Assembly (NCBI GenBank): GCA_030390025.1
Contig: CM059432.1
Span: 54,686,001 to 54,750,000, forward strand
DNA: 64,000 nucleotides
From: Squalus acanthias
Lineage: Eukaryota
Direction of reading: 5' to 3'
Position numbers and translations under genes: made by a program. A model generated the notes under the pieces. That model saw only the letters and a program-made list of their open reading frames with translations, was not told where the DNA came from and did not search any database. Positions 36,063 through 49,443 of the stretch are shown here, piece by piece; within the stretch, counting starts at the first letter, position 1, and each line of letters begins with the position of its first letter.

Positions 36063-37764
36063 ACTTTGGCCTGACCTGGTCCTCATGAGTGACAAGATTG
36101 TGGTCAATGCCAAGAGTGGGATATAGGTCATTTGTAACCAGTCTTTATAATGTATTCTGATTGTACAATATGTAGCATGTCTGTTACTGTTAAAATGTTG
36201 CTGCCACTGTTTCTTAGACAAATAGATGACTGGTGGTCACTAATTCGATTGACTACTTCTGAGGGTGTATCAGTGGAGCTCCAACAGTCTATGTATACCT
36301 GCAGCACCACAAAGTTGTGAATATCAGTAGAACCCAGAATGACTACCTTAAACTGATTGCCTGCCATTTGTTATTCTTCAAAATACATATCTAATCATTT
36401 GGTCCATTGGACTGAACAAGCCCATTCCTTATTGCTTATTTGACCGGTCTCCGCCACACCTACCACCCTTCTATCTCCAGAAATGTATTGCCTCTGGAAC
36501 GGTCTGAACTGTCTGCTTCAATTACCTTCCCTGGTAACTTATTCTGCAAAACAAACAATGTTTGTTTTAAACTTTTCTTACAGTTCTGCAATGAGCACAA
36601 TAAAGAAGTATGGTAGAAGAAAGGGCAGTAATGACAATAGTGACATAGGGCCTCAAGGTTTATAGCATCATGTGACAGGTGCAATTGCATTAGTAGATCT
36701 TTGAAGGGTAACAGTGTGATGAGAAATAAATCAAGTGTATTTTATAATCCATGATATGCCTAGAAAACAGTAGTTCTTCCCATTATTTTTTCCTACTTGG
36801 AATTCTGGAAGCAAGTACCATGAAGAAGTGCACAATTACAATCACTGGTCACCAGCATTGCTCTGCTCAGTTCCATTGGTATCATTAATAATGTCCCTGT
36901 ATGCAAAAGTGAAGGAAGAAATCATTATGAACACATGCTTTGTGAAACTGCTTTGTTCTCAATTCATAGGACTGAGCACACCACTCTGCCTTGTACAAGT
37001 GTTATTGCTACACTTAATGCCACTTTGCTGAGGATGGGCCAGTTCTTCAGATAATACAAAATAATGCTAATATTAATGGCCTAGCACCGATCATATAATG
37101 CTGCAAAATGTAATATATATTTCTTTGTAATTGCAACATTTTGTAACATAGATTAATTTGTTATTCAAGCATTGCAGCATAACAAACTAAAGGAGTTCTA
37201 ACTATTGATCAACTAAAGACTTTACAACTACTACACATATATAGCAGGTTTGCAATATTATTTAAAAAACAGCTTATAACAACAACAACCTGCATTTATC
37301 TAGTACCTTTAATGTAGTAAAACATCCCAAGGCGCTTCACATAACATAACTTCATGGTTCAAATAACTTGTATCAATTGCAAATGCTGTGTTGCTGCTTT
37401 CTTACTCATTTCTATTTATCTACTTATTACTGTGTTTGTAGCTCTGGTAATTTATATAATCTGAAGTCCTGCAATTGTCTTAAACCTTGTAACTTCATTC
37501 TATATGTTCTTGTATGATACGGACACAAAATTACTGTAATATACACTGCAGTTAAAAAAGCATGTTATTGTTTTAGTATTCTTCTCATGACACATGATGC
37601 CAATACATAGTCTAATGTCATAACTCCGGTTAATCTGCTCCTGTCACATAATGCAAAAAAAATCCATTTCAAAGAATGCAATGCCCAGTGATTAAAGTGG
37701 AATTTGTTAAGAAGGGGTATGCAAACCTGTGTAACCTTTGATCCTGCCCTGTAATCTTTAGTGC

Positions 37765-38250
37765 TGTTGTCTTTCTTTCTTTCACGTTCCCTCGTGTATG
37801 CACAAACATTCAAACATCCCCCCTCTTTCCTCATTTTCATCTACTCCAAAACCAATCTCTCCTTCCTTGCCTATTTCTCTCTCAACCACAGATATCCCCA
37901 TTTCTCTTCCATATCTCTCTTCACCATTTCCATCACTCCACTCATGCCCCCATTTCTCTCACTGTCCTGCCATCTTCTTGTTACATTTTCCACCCAGCCT
38001 ATCTACCTTCCTCTTTCCACTTCGTTTGGCCTCTCTTCCTCCTTATCCCTCCCTATTCTCCCCTCTCCACTCCTGCCCTCGCTCTCTTTCCTCACTGTCC
38101 TGTTCTGTATGCTTCTCCCTTTCTCTTCATGCCTTCCCTAGCTAATTTCCAAACGCATCTCCCTCAGCCTTGCGTTCTGTATTTTTTGCTGTAACTCTCC
38201 CTCTGTCTGCTTTCCTCTCTACCCCTTTCATTCTGCGTCTCATTCCTTAC
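37765..38250. repeat. Low-complexity polypyrimidine tract
   Basis: About 480 bp dominated by C and T on the plus strand. Confidence 0.8.
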
Positions 38251-39368
38251 CCTGCAGATACGTTATGTAAACTAAAACATAACAACCTCTCACCAAATTT
38301 TGCAACTTATCACGTGGCCAATGGTCTCTTTCTTTGACCTTCTAATTCCCCACTACTGCCCAAACCCTATGTCAATTGGTATCTTTCACATCACAGGTGT
38401 AGGCTGAGATGGGTTGCATCCCTGGGTCGGTTTCATAAAGCAAATGGTATAGATAAGAATGCTTGAAAATCTTCCACTATTTGATAGCTTCAATTCAGCT
38501 TTACTGGGACAACAGTGGGCTGTATCCGACCTGGATCGGCTTTACAGGAATTGCAATCTGACAGCAAGGGATCTTTACAGTTGGATCCTGGATTGCTTTT
38601 AAGCCCCCCCGCAAGTGAACACAGACTGTAAGCAACTAAGTACATTACAGACACTTGATTTATATTTAACAGTCACAATGCAATACCAGGTAAGTCTGCC
38701 CCAGGAATGGTATGGACTACACTTCGCATATAACTCATGGTTCTGCTTATTAAATCTGCAGCTTCAGCTTTACTCTTGCCATTGCTGTCCATTGTTCTAA
38801 TACACACACAGCTATTATTCTCTATAGAATAATAAGCAGGGCTGTAACATAACATTTACATTTATGTAAAACATAAGGGTAAATTCAGCAATTCCACGCT
38901 CCTAGCAGAGAGCCGGGTTTGCAAGGAGTGCCTGTGAGAAACTCACCACTGCAGTATCGTAGCCCAATCTGACCCGCACAACATTCTAGCACAGCTCCCT
39001 GCTGGGTGGTTTGCATCAGTGAATTTATCTCACAACGCACTGCTTTTCAGAAAAAAAACCCAGTTCTTCCTGTTAGTTTAGCACCATTATAACCCAGGTC
39101 TAGCATAATAAGGAGACTTTGTCCACTTGGGCATTCCCAGCACGTGGGAAATTGAGCACCTGCAGCCTGTGATTTTCCATCCATTAAAATTAATGATGGA
39201 AAATCAGGCACTGAGGGGTGCGCAGTTTTCCACTGTGCATTCCTACCATGCAACAAAGCAGTAATTATCCTCTCTGGTGTTACAAAACACCGTTTCTTCT
39301 TGCTGCCGATCTGTGTTACAAAGCCCGATGAGCATAATGGCTGATGGTTAGCAGCAGTAACAGAAAGT

Positions 39369-40122
39369 AAGAACATAAGAACATAAGAATAGGAGCAGGA
39401 GTAGGCCATTTGGCCCCTCGAGCCTGCTCCGCCATTCAATAAGATCATGACTGATCTTCTACCTCATCTCCACTTTCCAGTACTATCCCCATATCCCTTG
39501 ATTCCCTTAATATTCAAAAATCTATCAATCTCTGTCTTGAATATACCCAACGACTGAGCCTCCACAGCCCTCTGGGGTCAAGAATTCCAAAGATTCACCA
39601 CCCTCTGAGTGAAGAAATTTCTCCTCATCTCAGTCCTAAATGGCCTGACCACTTATTCTAAGACTATGACCCCTGGTTCTAGACTCCCCAGCAAGGGGAA
39701 ACATCCTCCCTGCATCTACCCTGTCAAGCCCTGTAAGAATTTTGTATGTTTCAATGAGATCACCTCTCATTCTTCTAAACTCTAGAGAATATAGGGCTAG
39801 TCTACTCAATCTCTCCTCATAGAACAATCCCCCCATCCCAGGAACCAGTCTGGTGAACCTTTGTTGCACTCCCTCTATGGCAAGTATATCCTTCCTTAGG
39901 TAAGGAGACCAAAACTGTACACAATACTCCAGGTGTGGTCTCACCAGGGCCCCATATAATTGCAGTAAGATGTCTTTACTCTTATACTCAAATCCTCTTG
40001 TAATAAAGGCCAACATACCATTTGCTTTCCTAATTGCTTGCTGTACCTGCATGTTAACTTTCAGTGATTCATGTACAAGGACACCCAGGTCCCTCTGAAC
40101 ACCAACATTTCCCAACACCAAC
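39369..40122 (-). mobile_element. CR1 LINE 3' fragment
   Basis: ORF 39636-40124(-) reads QRDLGVLVH...LVRPHLEYCVQFWSP. (AAGAACAT)n tail on the plus strand at 39369. Confidence 0.95.
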
Positions 40123-40507
40123 ATTCCCCAAGAACTATAATGGTAAACATTTTATGACAAAGATCTAAGCAGGATAAAAAGATGAAATAATGCATAATAC
40201 CTGAGAAGTGTGTTCAAAGTTATACAGCACTCTTGGGGTTCGGGGAAGGTTGTGAACGACTCAACCTTTCCACTTGCAGATTGTGGCATCATTGAGTGTA
40301 CTGCAGTTTAGCAAGAAACACCCAGCAATCATTCATTTGCTATTTTATACTCACTGCCTATAATCACTATTAGGCAGATCAGCCGGTTATACTGGCAATC
40401 ATAAACTGGAGCACACTGAATTTCCCCATGTATTCCAGTTTCCATTGAAGGTAAAAACATTGCAGAGATGGGCAATAATTAACTGATTTTGATTCTGACA
40501 GCAGAAT

Positions 40508-40817
40508 GAACTGTATATAGCACTTTTCACAACCACGTGATGTCCCAAAGCGCTTACAACCAATTAATTACTTTTTGATGTGTACTCACTGTTGTAATAT
40601 AGGAAACGCGGCAGCCAATTTGCGCACAGCAAGCTCCCACAAACAGCAATGAGATAAATGACCAGATCACCTGTTTTAGAGATACTGGGTGAGGAATAAA
40701 CATTAGCTAGGACACCAGGGAGAATTTCCCTGCTCTTCTTTGAATAGTGCCAAGGGATCTTTTACAGCCACCTGAGAGGGCAGACGGGCCTCAGTTTAAT
40801 GTCTCATTCGAAAGACT
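40508..40817 (-). mobile_element. 5'-truncated SacSINE1-like SINE
   Basis: Aligns to 28160-28460 (gcacagcaagctcccacaaacagcaat...cacctgagagggcagac). Confidence 0.85.
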
Positions 40818-43151
40818 AAATTTGGTTACCTAGTCATCTGAATTATCAAAAAGGTGACAATGACATTATTATGTAGATGTAACTTCATCACTGCAACAAC
40901 ACACATATGCTGGTGGTCAGAATTCTGAGTTTAGAATTCAAGGCTAATTAAGTACAAATATTCAGGATGTATCTGGAATGGCCCAGATTGCCTAATACCA
41001 GTCCCAACATAAATGGAGCACAGACAGTAAATATTAGTGGCTGTATTAAAATAGGTGGAGCAATGGCTAATTTTGTGAGGAACTTTTCTCGTTGGCAGCA
41101 CCAATCAGAAAATAGTGGGTGCACTACCCACAGTGTTCTGATATTCACTGCCAGAGAGTTTCCATTGAAGTGTGAAAGAACTGAATGTTATGTGCACCTG
41201 AGAGTTTGTGACCTGATGGAAATTGGTGTATGTAGAGTGAAAAGAGTAGACAGGGTAGATTGAAGCAGATCATTGATGTGAAGAAGAAACAGAGTAGGAG
41301 AGAGAGCATGTACATAGAGTTCACACATACATTATGAGCTTTTACATTTTGACTTTTTCTTAAGCCGGTCCCCGTGTAAGGAAAAAATCATAAAAAGCTA
41401 GTTATGAAAGAACAACAGCAGGTGAAAAGGTAGAGGCCATGTATTTATTCACATAGCTTTGGGTAGTACCTTGTATGCCTGCTTAATGGCCAGTGAGCAT
41501 CTAGTCTCCAACTTGGTTTGGGCCTTAGACCAACATCTGAAATGAATCTTGGATAACTTGGTGTTTTTGGTTGGTTCGAGTCCTTTAATATTCCTTTAAA
41601 AGGAATTTGCATGCAAATCCACATGTTTTTTTCAACATTAAGTAGGGTATCAATCTCACTGTGGGCTAAGAAGAGATAAAACTCAACGTTAGTTCCACAG
41701 AATGAAAGTAATGGCCCCCCTTTCTTTATAAACAGCAATTTTTGTATTTATTTCAAATCTATGTTGTTGTCCATTCAATTTTACAGACCAGAGATCATAC
41801 TTGATGGATATGGGGCACTTCTTATATATTGGAATAAGCTGGTAAAAATAAGTCATCCTAGTTATTCACCCAGAATATGAGGACTAATACCAACCTGTGA
41901 GGTCATAGGCAGCAGTCTTTTTTTCTATTGCCTGCTGATGTCACTTCTGAAAGATTATAACCCTTTTCAGTGAATAACAGCACAAATTATATTAAGTCAT
42001 ATGTATACATCTCATCCAATCACATTTGAGATTAAATTTCAGGGTATAATATACAGCTACTGACTGTATGTAAAGGCAATAGTGCTAAAACATGGCCCCA
42101 GTTTCAAAAGCTAAGTGCATTGTTGCATATTCAAGGTCAAATTTGTAACCTGTGGGTCAAAATTTTAATATTAAAAAGGCAGAAATACTGCAAGTACCAG
42201 TCTCAGATTGGTACCTTTATAGAGCAGCATAAGATCAGCTGATTTTATTTAATACTGACACCAGCCTGGAACTCTACACATGTATACTTGCACATGTGCA
42301 GAGCTCCACTCAGTCACTTCCTAACACCAGGTAAATTTTAATGTTAGGAGAGAAGGGACAAGAGCATGGCTCTCTGCTGTCATTAAAGATTCACATTTTT
42401 ATTTACAAAGTTCCCTTGTGGTCTGTTGGACTGCCTAGGATCCTATTAGACCACAGCCTGTGTGAAGCCCAAGCAGTGTGAAACTAGCCCCTGGAGCTGG
42501 TCTCACACTTCATGCTTTATCATGGTAGGGAGTCAGACTAGGAACTGACCCCTGAGCTATACTGACTCTTTTGCATTAATACACATCTGAAACTGCTTCC
42601 CAGAGATACAAAAGTGATAGTATAAACAGCCCACTAGAGGAAAATCTTCTGTCAATACCTGTTCTATTATAAGTTTATACTGTGCATTTGCTAGTACCAT
42701 AACCGTATGCAACCAGTTTACTGAGGAATGACTGAGGCTAAGGATCACTTAGCTGTGAGGTCCCTGAGACAGCATTAGTTTTATGTGTCTTAATGTACCC
42801 ACTAAGTCAAAAAGATTGTTGAACAAAATAATGTTATGTCATTTGAGCTTATTACATGGAAAACACTAAACCAACGATTCAATCATTTTCATTATTCAGC
42901 AAAATATGCTAACCATTAGTATTGACAGTGAGACACACTACACTTAAAATCTGGCCATCAATTGTCAGATTAGTAATAATTAGAGCAACATTTTAGCCAT
43001 AGTTGCTATAGTAATAATATTTCTGTATCTTTGGATGCAGAGTACTAGTGCAAAATATTATATCTGGCATCAACTGATGACAATTATTACACACACTGAT
43101 GAGCTGTCTAGCTATAGTTCTGGATGATGCTACTTCTAAACAAAACATTTA

Positions 43152-43916
43152 GGGGGTGAAATTCCCCTTGTTTGCGCCTCCGGTGGGAATGGCTTTTCAC
43201 TCCCCCTCCCCCGAGGCGATAACCGCGCCTCCCGTGAAATTCCGCAGGAGGTTAGCGCCGGTGCTATCGGGTATCGCCCCGATCTTCTGCGCCCAGAGAT
43301 CATGACGTCATCTCCGGGCGCAGCGCCCCGATAGTGCCTCAGGAGAAAAATTCCCCCTCGTACCCCGCAGCAGCGCCGGGCGATGATATCGACTGCTGCA
43401 GGGGTCGCGAACACTGAGGCCGGCCACTCGCAGGGCACCATTTAAAGGCGCGGTGGCCGATCGAGATGAAAAAATCGGCAATTTTTTTTTTTCTGAGCAC
43501 CAGACGCAGGCTGAGTGCCGCAATCGGTCAGCCCGGCTCAGTCAGCCCAGCACTCAGCTTGAGTGCCGAGCTGATCGCGTGGCACTCCCACACCCTGGTG
43601 CTCCAGCAGATGCCGAAAAAAATGCAGAGCTCGCAGCGGGGAACCCTTCCCTTTAATTGAGGGAAGAGCCCCTGCAATGCGGCAGCGCCACGCATGGCCA
43701 CACGTGGCGCTGCTGAGCACATCGCCCCGAATCGGGACATTCCCCGCCTCTTGTGCTCCAAGAGGCAAGTGGAGCGCTTGATTTAGCGCTCCACTTCCCT
43801 CTTGGAGCAAAAAATGGGAATTTCTCAAATGTTTGTAAAGGTTAGCGCCTGGCACTAACTTTTCAAACATTTTTGACTTAGCGCCTCAAATGGCCCTCTT
43901 GGGGAATTTCTCCCCC
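43152..43916. mobile_element. PIF/Harbinger MITE (765 bp), same family as 1059-1770 and 20423-24585, in inverted orientation
   Basis: 16-bp TIR GGGGG(T/A)GAAATTCCCC. Canonical TTA TSD at 43149-43151 and 43917-43919. Multiple TTAGCGCC motifs. Confidence 0.93.
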
Positions 43917-44129
43917 TTAGCACTGTAATGTGTATTAGCTTTTTCTTTTGGCTGATATATTTTCCATTGTCTGTCTATATAATTGGAAAAAAACAGAAGA
44001 AATACCATTTGTAATTTAGATATCAGTCATGCTTTGATCTAATTATTATAAGTCTTAAGTAACTCAAATTGATATGTACTGCATTGTAAACTTTAGGTAC
44101 ATTGGTTAACAATTAAACTGAACATCACT

Positions 44130-44225
44130 GAACATCAGCCATGATCTTATTGAATGGCGGAGCAGGCTCGAAGGGCCGATTGGCCTACTCCTGCTCCTAT
44201 TTCTTATGTTCTTATGTTCTTATGT
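44130..44225 (+). mobile_element. CR1 3' UTR stub
   Basis: atcagccatgatcttattgaatggcggagcaggctcg...(ATGTTCTT)n, nearly identical to 5359-5444. Confidence 0.9.
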
Positions 44226-44488
44226 GTTAAAGAGAGGATCTTACCTTCAGCAACTCTTTAAAAATGAAATTGCTAAAAAGTGCTATGATTAATATTAATA
44301 GCTTGTTTATGTCCTTATATGGGTCTTAAAAATATTTTTGTTTAAACTGTGAATACTAATGACATCTTTGAGGAAATTGGATGTAAGGTGTTACAGAACT
44401 AGAAAGTATGAGGGAGCTGGGTTAATATTAGTAGATATCATCATTAACCCAGAGTGTATCAATTATTTTAACCCCTTAATACAAAAGC

Positions 44489-44583
44489 AAAAGGGTCATC
44501 GACCTGAAAGGTTAACTCTGTTTCTCTCTCCACAGATGCTGCCTGACCTGCTGAGTATTTCCAGCATTTTCCGTTTTTATTTT
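44489..44583 (+). mobile_element. Penelope-like terminal repeat fragment with a truncated hammerhead-like hairpin
   Basis: gggtcatcgacctgaaa (stem II + GAAA, CUGANGA missing), then tccacagatgctgcctgacctgctgagtatttccagcatttt. Related pieces lie at 15955-16000 and 48897-49020. Confidence 0.55.
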
Positions 44584-45409
44584 AACCTTAGATAGGTTAT
44601 TTCAACTCTCATGAACTGCTGATCTTAGTAATTTACTGTTTAAAATGTTTCCCATCCTTATAAGTGAAAAAGTTTAATTAAAGTCCTGGGGAATGTTTTT
44701 TGTGCAAAGTACTCTCCTTTTGTAGAAAAAACCTGCAGTCCAAGCAAAATTTGTTGGCATTTTAGTAAAAATGTTAATTCTCTTAGCAGCATGAAACTCT
44801 CAAGTTAGATATCCTTCACTGCTAGCCTGCTCCAGTGATGTCAGCAATGGAGAGATTTCCTAGTGTATGTCATAGTTTGCTGGGGTCCTGCAGTTCCAAA
44901 CTAGCCCTCAGACCAGTTCAAAGTTACTGTTTCCTACTCAACCATTCAGCAATGTTCCACACTAGTGATTTCACCATAGCAGCCTATCAATGAGGGCAAC
45001 TCGATTTAGTGGTGTCCATGCTGGTAAAAAAATTACATTTTTACTAAAACATCAAAAAAGTTCTGTGTAGACTATTATTATCTTCGGTAAAATTGGGGAG
45101 TACTTTTAACAAAGAAAAGAATTCTTCATGGCAGTATCATGCACTTACCTCCAACCCATCACCTACCCAGCCAGTGTTCTTTGAGGAATCAAGATAAACA
45201 GATGAGCGAAATGTGACTTTTATTTATCGCATTGGTATTTTTAATCACAAGTGTCAAAGTTGTGTCTGAATTATCAAGTTATCCAAGCATTATATAACAG
45301 TCACATTTTCAATGTTAATAATATGCCTGATTGGATGTTGAAATTATAACAGTACAGAGCAACACTCTGGTGGAATTTTTCACCTACCAGTAAAAAAATA
45401 ATGGACTGA

Positions 45410-45760
45410 AAGAAAAACTTGCATTTTAAAAGTACCTTATCATGTCTCTCAGACACATCTGGACCCTTATTACTCACAATGAATTGCATTATCCAGCCAT
45501 TATACATAGAGTAAGATCCCTCAAAGAACAGAAAAATAAATTACCAGTTAATCTGTTTTTAGTTGAGGGAAGAATGCTAGTATAAATACCAGGAGATTTT
45601 TCTGCTTTTCTTGAAAAATTGGGTTTTTTAAATCTACCTGAACAGGGAAGCATGGCCTCAATTTAACATCCTTATTCTGAAAGATGGGAGCTCTGACAAT
45701 ATAGCATTCTGTTACTGCTGCTTCAGTCCTGGAGTGAGGCTGGAGCCTTCAAACTCAGCT
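45410..45760 (-). mobile_element. Highly degenerate SacSINE1-like SINE
   Basis: aaaaacttgcatttt tail and aatctgttttt...gttgaggga, collinear with 28148-28560. Confidence 0.55.
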
Positions 45761-45824
45761 TGGTTTAGTTGGCAACATTCTCACCTCTAACAGTAATACT
45801 ATCACTATTTGATGCATAAGATAA

Positions 45825-46380
45825 GGGGGCGGTAATTCCTCAATCCCATTCCGCCATCATAAGTGGGGCAGAGCAGGATGTGCCAGTGACCAACACTCTG
45901 GTTCCCACTGAAGTATCCGGGGTAAGATCAGGATCACCTAATTAAAATAAATTAGCTGGGCACCCATGCCAAAATGGACACATCTTGTATTCCCTCTATA
46001 AGGAAGGGAGTGCAAGATGCTGGGGGAAGGAGCTGGTGTGACAAGCTGAAAAATCAATAGAAATGTGCTTAGAAAAGGACTGACTTGCTTGATAATATCC
46101 AAAGCCAAGTCCCAGGCCTGGATGCACCTGTGAGCCCCACTTGTGCCTTTCCATTGGCCTGGATGCTGGCATCTTTCCATTCAAGGAGGCCATTCCACCA
46201 GACCCACCTCCTTTTTAACATCAGGTCATTTCTGAGGTGGGAGGAACTATTACTCACCCCCGCCTCCCACAGGAAATCACAAACTGACAGTTACGGAGCA
46301 GAGACTCAGCGTTTCCGGGTCACAACCAATTTCCCCCCCCCCACTGATCCACTCCCAACACACTGAGAAAATTCAGGACC
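45825..46380. mobile_element. Possible degenerate Harbinger-type MITE
   Basis: GC-richer block beginning TAA-GGGGGCGGTAATT and ending GAAAATTCAGGACC-AAA, with cccgcc motifs. Confidence 0.35.
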
Positions 46381-46978
46381 AAAGTCTACGGCTACCTGAC
46401 AACCACATTATTAGCAAATTTCTACTGGTGAAAAACAATTTTTGTAATTTATCAAATACAGTAAAATAATAAAGCAAATCTAAAACAGTGGGGTCTATCG
46501 CTACTAAATAGATGTGCACACTTTTGCTCTCTAGTTTATGTTTAAAGTGCATATACATGGGTGAAGGTTACAAAGGGTTATTTTCAAATTTTGTTTTAGG
46601 AATATGCAAACAATCACATGCAGTACAGACCAACTGTGACCAGCAAAAAAAGCATTTGCAACATAAACATTGACACGTGCTCATTCAGACTTTACAGTGG
46701 TGACATGTCTCCTCAGTACCAATGCTATTAGTACAGAATTGTCTGAATAAGTTGTGAACTATTAAACTGCACTTAAAGAATTTTATGTTTGCATCAACTT
46801 TTGTATTGCATTAACAACAAAAGGAAAATATGTGCATAAGTCTGATTGGTACCTCTTTCAAAAAATCAAGGTTAAAAATAATTGTCATTAACATTAGTAC
46901 ACTAGTTTTCCTATTTCTGTTGCTCTTTTGAATAACTTTGTTTAAACAGTGAGCACTGTGAGCATCATCAATGGTACT

Positions 46979-47520
46979 AACATAGGAACATAGAAACAGG
47001 AGTAGGCCATTCAGCCTCTCAAGCCTATTCCTGCCATTCAATGAGATTGTGGTTGATCTGTATCATAACTCCATCCACCCGCCTTGGCTCCATATCTCTA
47101 AATAACCTTGGCTAGCAAAAATATATTGATCTCAGATTTAAAATTATGAATTGAGATAGCATCTATTACTTTTTGTGGGAAAGAGTTCCACACTTCTACC
47201 ACCTTTTGCATGAAGAAATGTTTCCTAACTTCTCTCTTGAATAGTCTGGCTCTGATTTTAAAGTTATGTCCCCTTGTCCTAGACTCCCCACCAGTGGAAA
47301 AGTTTCTCTCTATCTACTCTATCAATTCCTTTCAAATCCTAAAAACCCAATCAAATCACCCCTTAACCTATTATGTTCCAGGGAATACAAGCCTAGTTTA
47401 TGTAATCGCTCCTCATAATCTAACCCTTGGAGCCCTAGTAACATTCTGGTGAATCTGCTCTGCACTCCTTCCAAGGCCAATAAATCCTTTCTAAGGTGTG
47501 GCATCCAGAACTGTACACTG
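46979..47520 (-). mobile_element. CR1 LINE 3' fragment
   Basis: Minus-strand PHLRKDLLALEGVQSRFTRMLLGL...YEERL, with the tail at 46979-47000. Confidence 0.88.
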
Positions 47521-47589
47521 ATCTGAATTGGTAGATACAGTCATTCTGAAGGCATTTCAGTAACCGTTGTCACTTCAACTGTGTACATC

Positions 47590-48830
47590 CATAGAATCAT
47601 AGAATGCTATAAGTACAGAAACAGGCCATTTTGTCCAAGAAGTTTACACTGGTATTTTTCTCTGTGAGCCTTCTAGTCTAATCCCACTCTTCTACTCACG
47701 CCCCATACACTTTAATATTCCTCTTTTTCAAGCAATTTATGGATTCTGTTTCAACAATGGATTGTGATACAGGAATTTAAATCCTAACCATCCTTTGCAT
47801 AAAGAGTTTTTTCATGTTTTCCCCTATAAGACTTCTTGTGATTATCTCAAATTCGTGCCGTCTTGTTACCGTCTCATCGATCAATGGAAACAATCTACCA
47901 CAATTTACCTTATGAAAAACCTTCAAAATCTTGAAGATCTCTACCAGGTCAACCTTTAACTTTCTACTAAAAAAGAGCCCTAACTTCTCAAATCTCTCTT
48001 TATAACTAACCCCTCATCCCAGATTTCATCCTAGTGAATCCAACTACACTTTTTCCATTGCTTTTACATCCTTCCAACAATGTGGTGCCCAGAAACAGTA
48101 CACCCTAATCCTAACTAAAATCTTGTTTAAGTTCAGAATTACCTTTTATTTTATTTGTTCTCAGAATGTGGGTGAGACTGGCAAAGCCAAATTTATTTCC
48201 CACATTTACTGAATTCAATCTCACAATTTTCACTTTTGGGATCTAAATTCCTGACCTCTGGGTTGCTAGTCCAGTACCACTCCATTACATTACTATACCC
48301 AGTTTGTTACAGTTTGCCATACCTCTTGCTCTTGTATTCTATGCCTATAGATACAAAACTATGGCTTTATCGACTTGTACTGCTGTTTTCATTGCCTGCG
48401 TATCTACAGACCAAGGTCTCTTTGCTCTTTTGTTCCATTTAAAATCTTACCATTTAAGATTAATTTCCTTTCCGTTAAAACATCCAAAATGCATTATGTC
48501 ACATTTTTCTGCATTGAACTGCATCTGCCAACTTTCTGCCAATCCTGCTAGCCTATCTATGTCCTCCTGTGATCTTTTTCAATCTTCATCACAGTTTTCC
48601 ATACCCTCATTTTGGTGTCATCAGCAAATTTCAATATTGTTCCCTCAATTCCTAAGTCCACATCATATATGTTACAGTAAATAAAAGGGGCTCCAACATG
48701 GTCCTCTATGGAACACCACTCACCACGCCTTACTATTCTGGGAAACTTAATTTTACTCCTACCCTTTGTTTTCTACCCTCCAAACATCTCTATCCATGTG
48801 GTCATATTCCCTTTAATGTCATCAAATGTG
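47590..48830 (-). mobile_element. Older degenerate CR1 fragments with a short repeat inserted at ~48155-48290
   Basis: Tail catagaatcatagaat at 47590. The reverse strand encodes remnants of SGVP.G and KFADDTK (tttggtgtcatcagcaaattt) and WQMQFNAEKC. Confidence 0.75.
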
Positions 48831-48896
48831 AAAGAATTGAATTAATGGCACATCAGTTCCTTCACACTGGTAGGTGCAGTGACTTCTATCAGACAT

Positions 48897-49020
48897 AAAA
48901 TAAATAAATGCTGGAAATGCACAGAAGGTTGATCAGCATTCAAACTCAAAACCTTAACTTACCCTTTTTTCTTCCAGATGCTGCCTGACCTACTGTGCAT
49001 TTCAGCATTTTCTGTTTCTA
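48897..49020. mobile_element. Degenerate inverted Penelope-type repeat
   Basis: aaatgctggaaatgcacagaaggt...agcat versus atgctgcctgacctactgtgcatttcagcattt form imperfect inverted arms. Confidence 0.5.
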
Positions 49021-49443
49021 GCTCACTTTTCCAACATTTGCTGGGTTTTTTTATACCGCCATCCTTCACGCTGTCAACCAGACTCACTGTTGAGACAAAA
49101 ATATTTCAGAACATACAAGAAAAGTGGTATCAACAGTCAATGATAATGATTTGTAACTGTTAGATACTTATTAAGATTTTTTTTAAAGTGTACTGATAGC
49201 CTGATTCTCCAATATCTGTAATTATTTTGTTCTGAACTGCCACCACTTGGCATATGGATTTGATGCCATGGACTACAGCTTTTATTCCAGAGGTGCTACA
49301 GCAATGTTGGGCAACATGCAGCCCGATCGGACCCACTATTGCAGGGGCTGTACCAAGTGCGGGCCTCTGAGCCACAGCATTGAACTGCACTGTTCATTTA
49401 ACAGCAGCAAAACTGAAACTGACCCCCAAGTGTTACTCTTATT

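Noticed and set aside
37761..38145. Hydrophobic Ser/Leu/Pro/Phe-rich ORFs resembling membrane proteins
   Set aside because: They are an artefact of the polypyrimidine tract.
44489..44520. Second hammerhead ribozyme
   Set aside because: Only stem II and GAAA remain. The CUGANGA core is absent.
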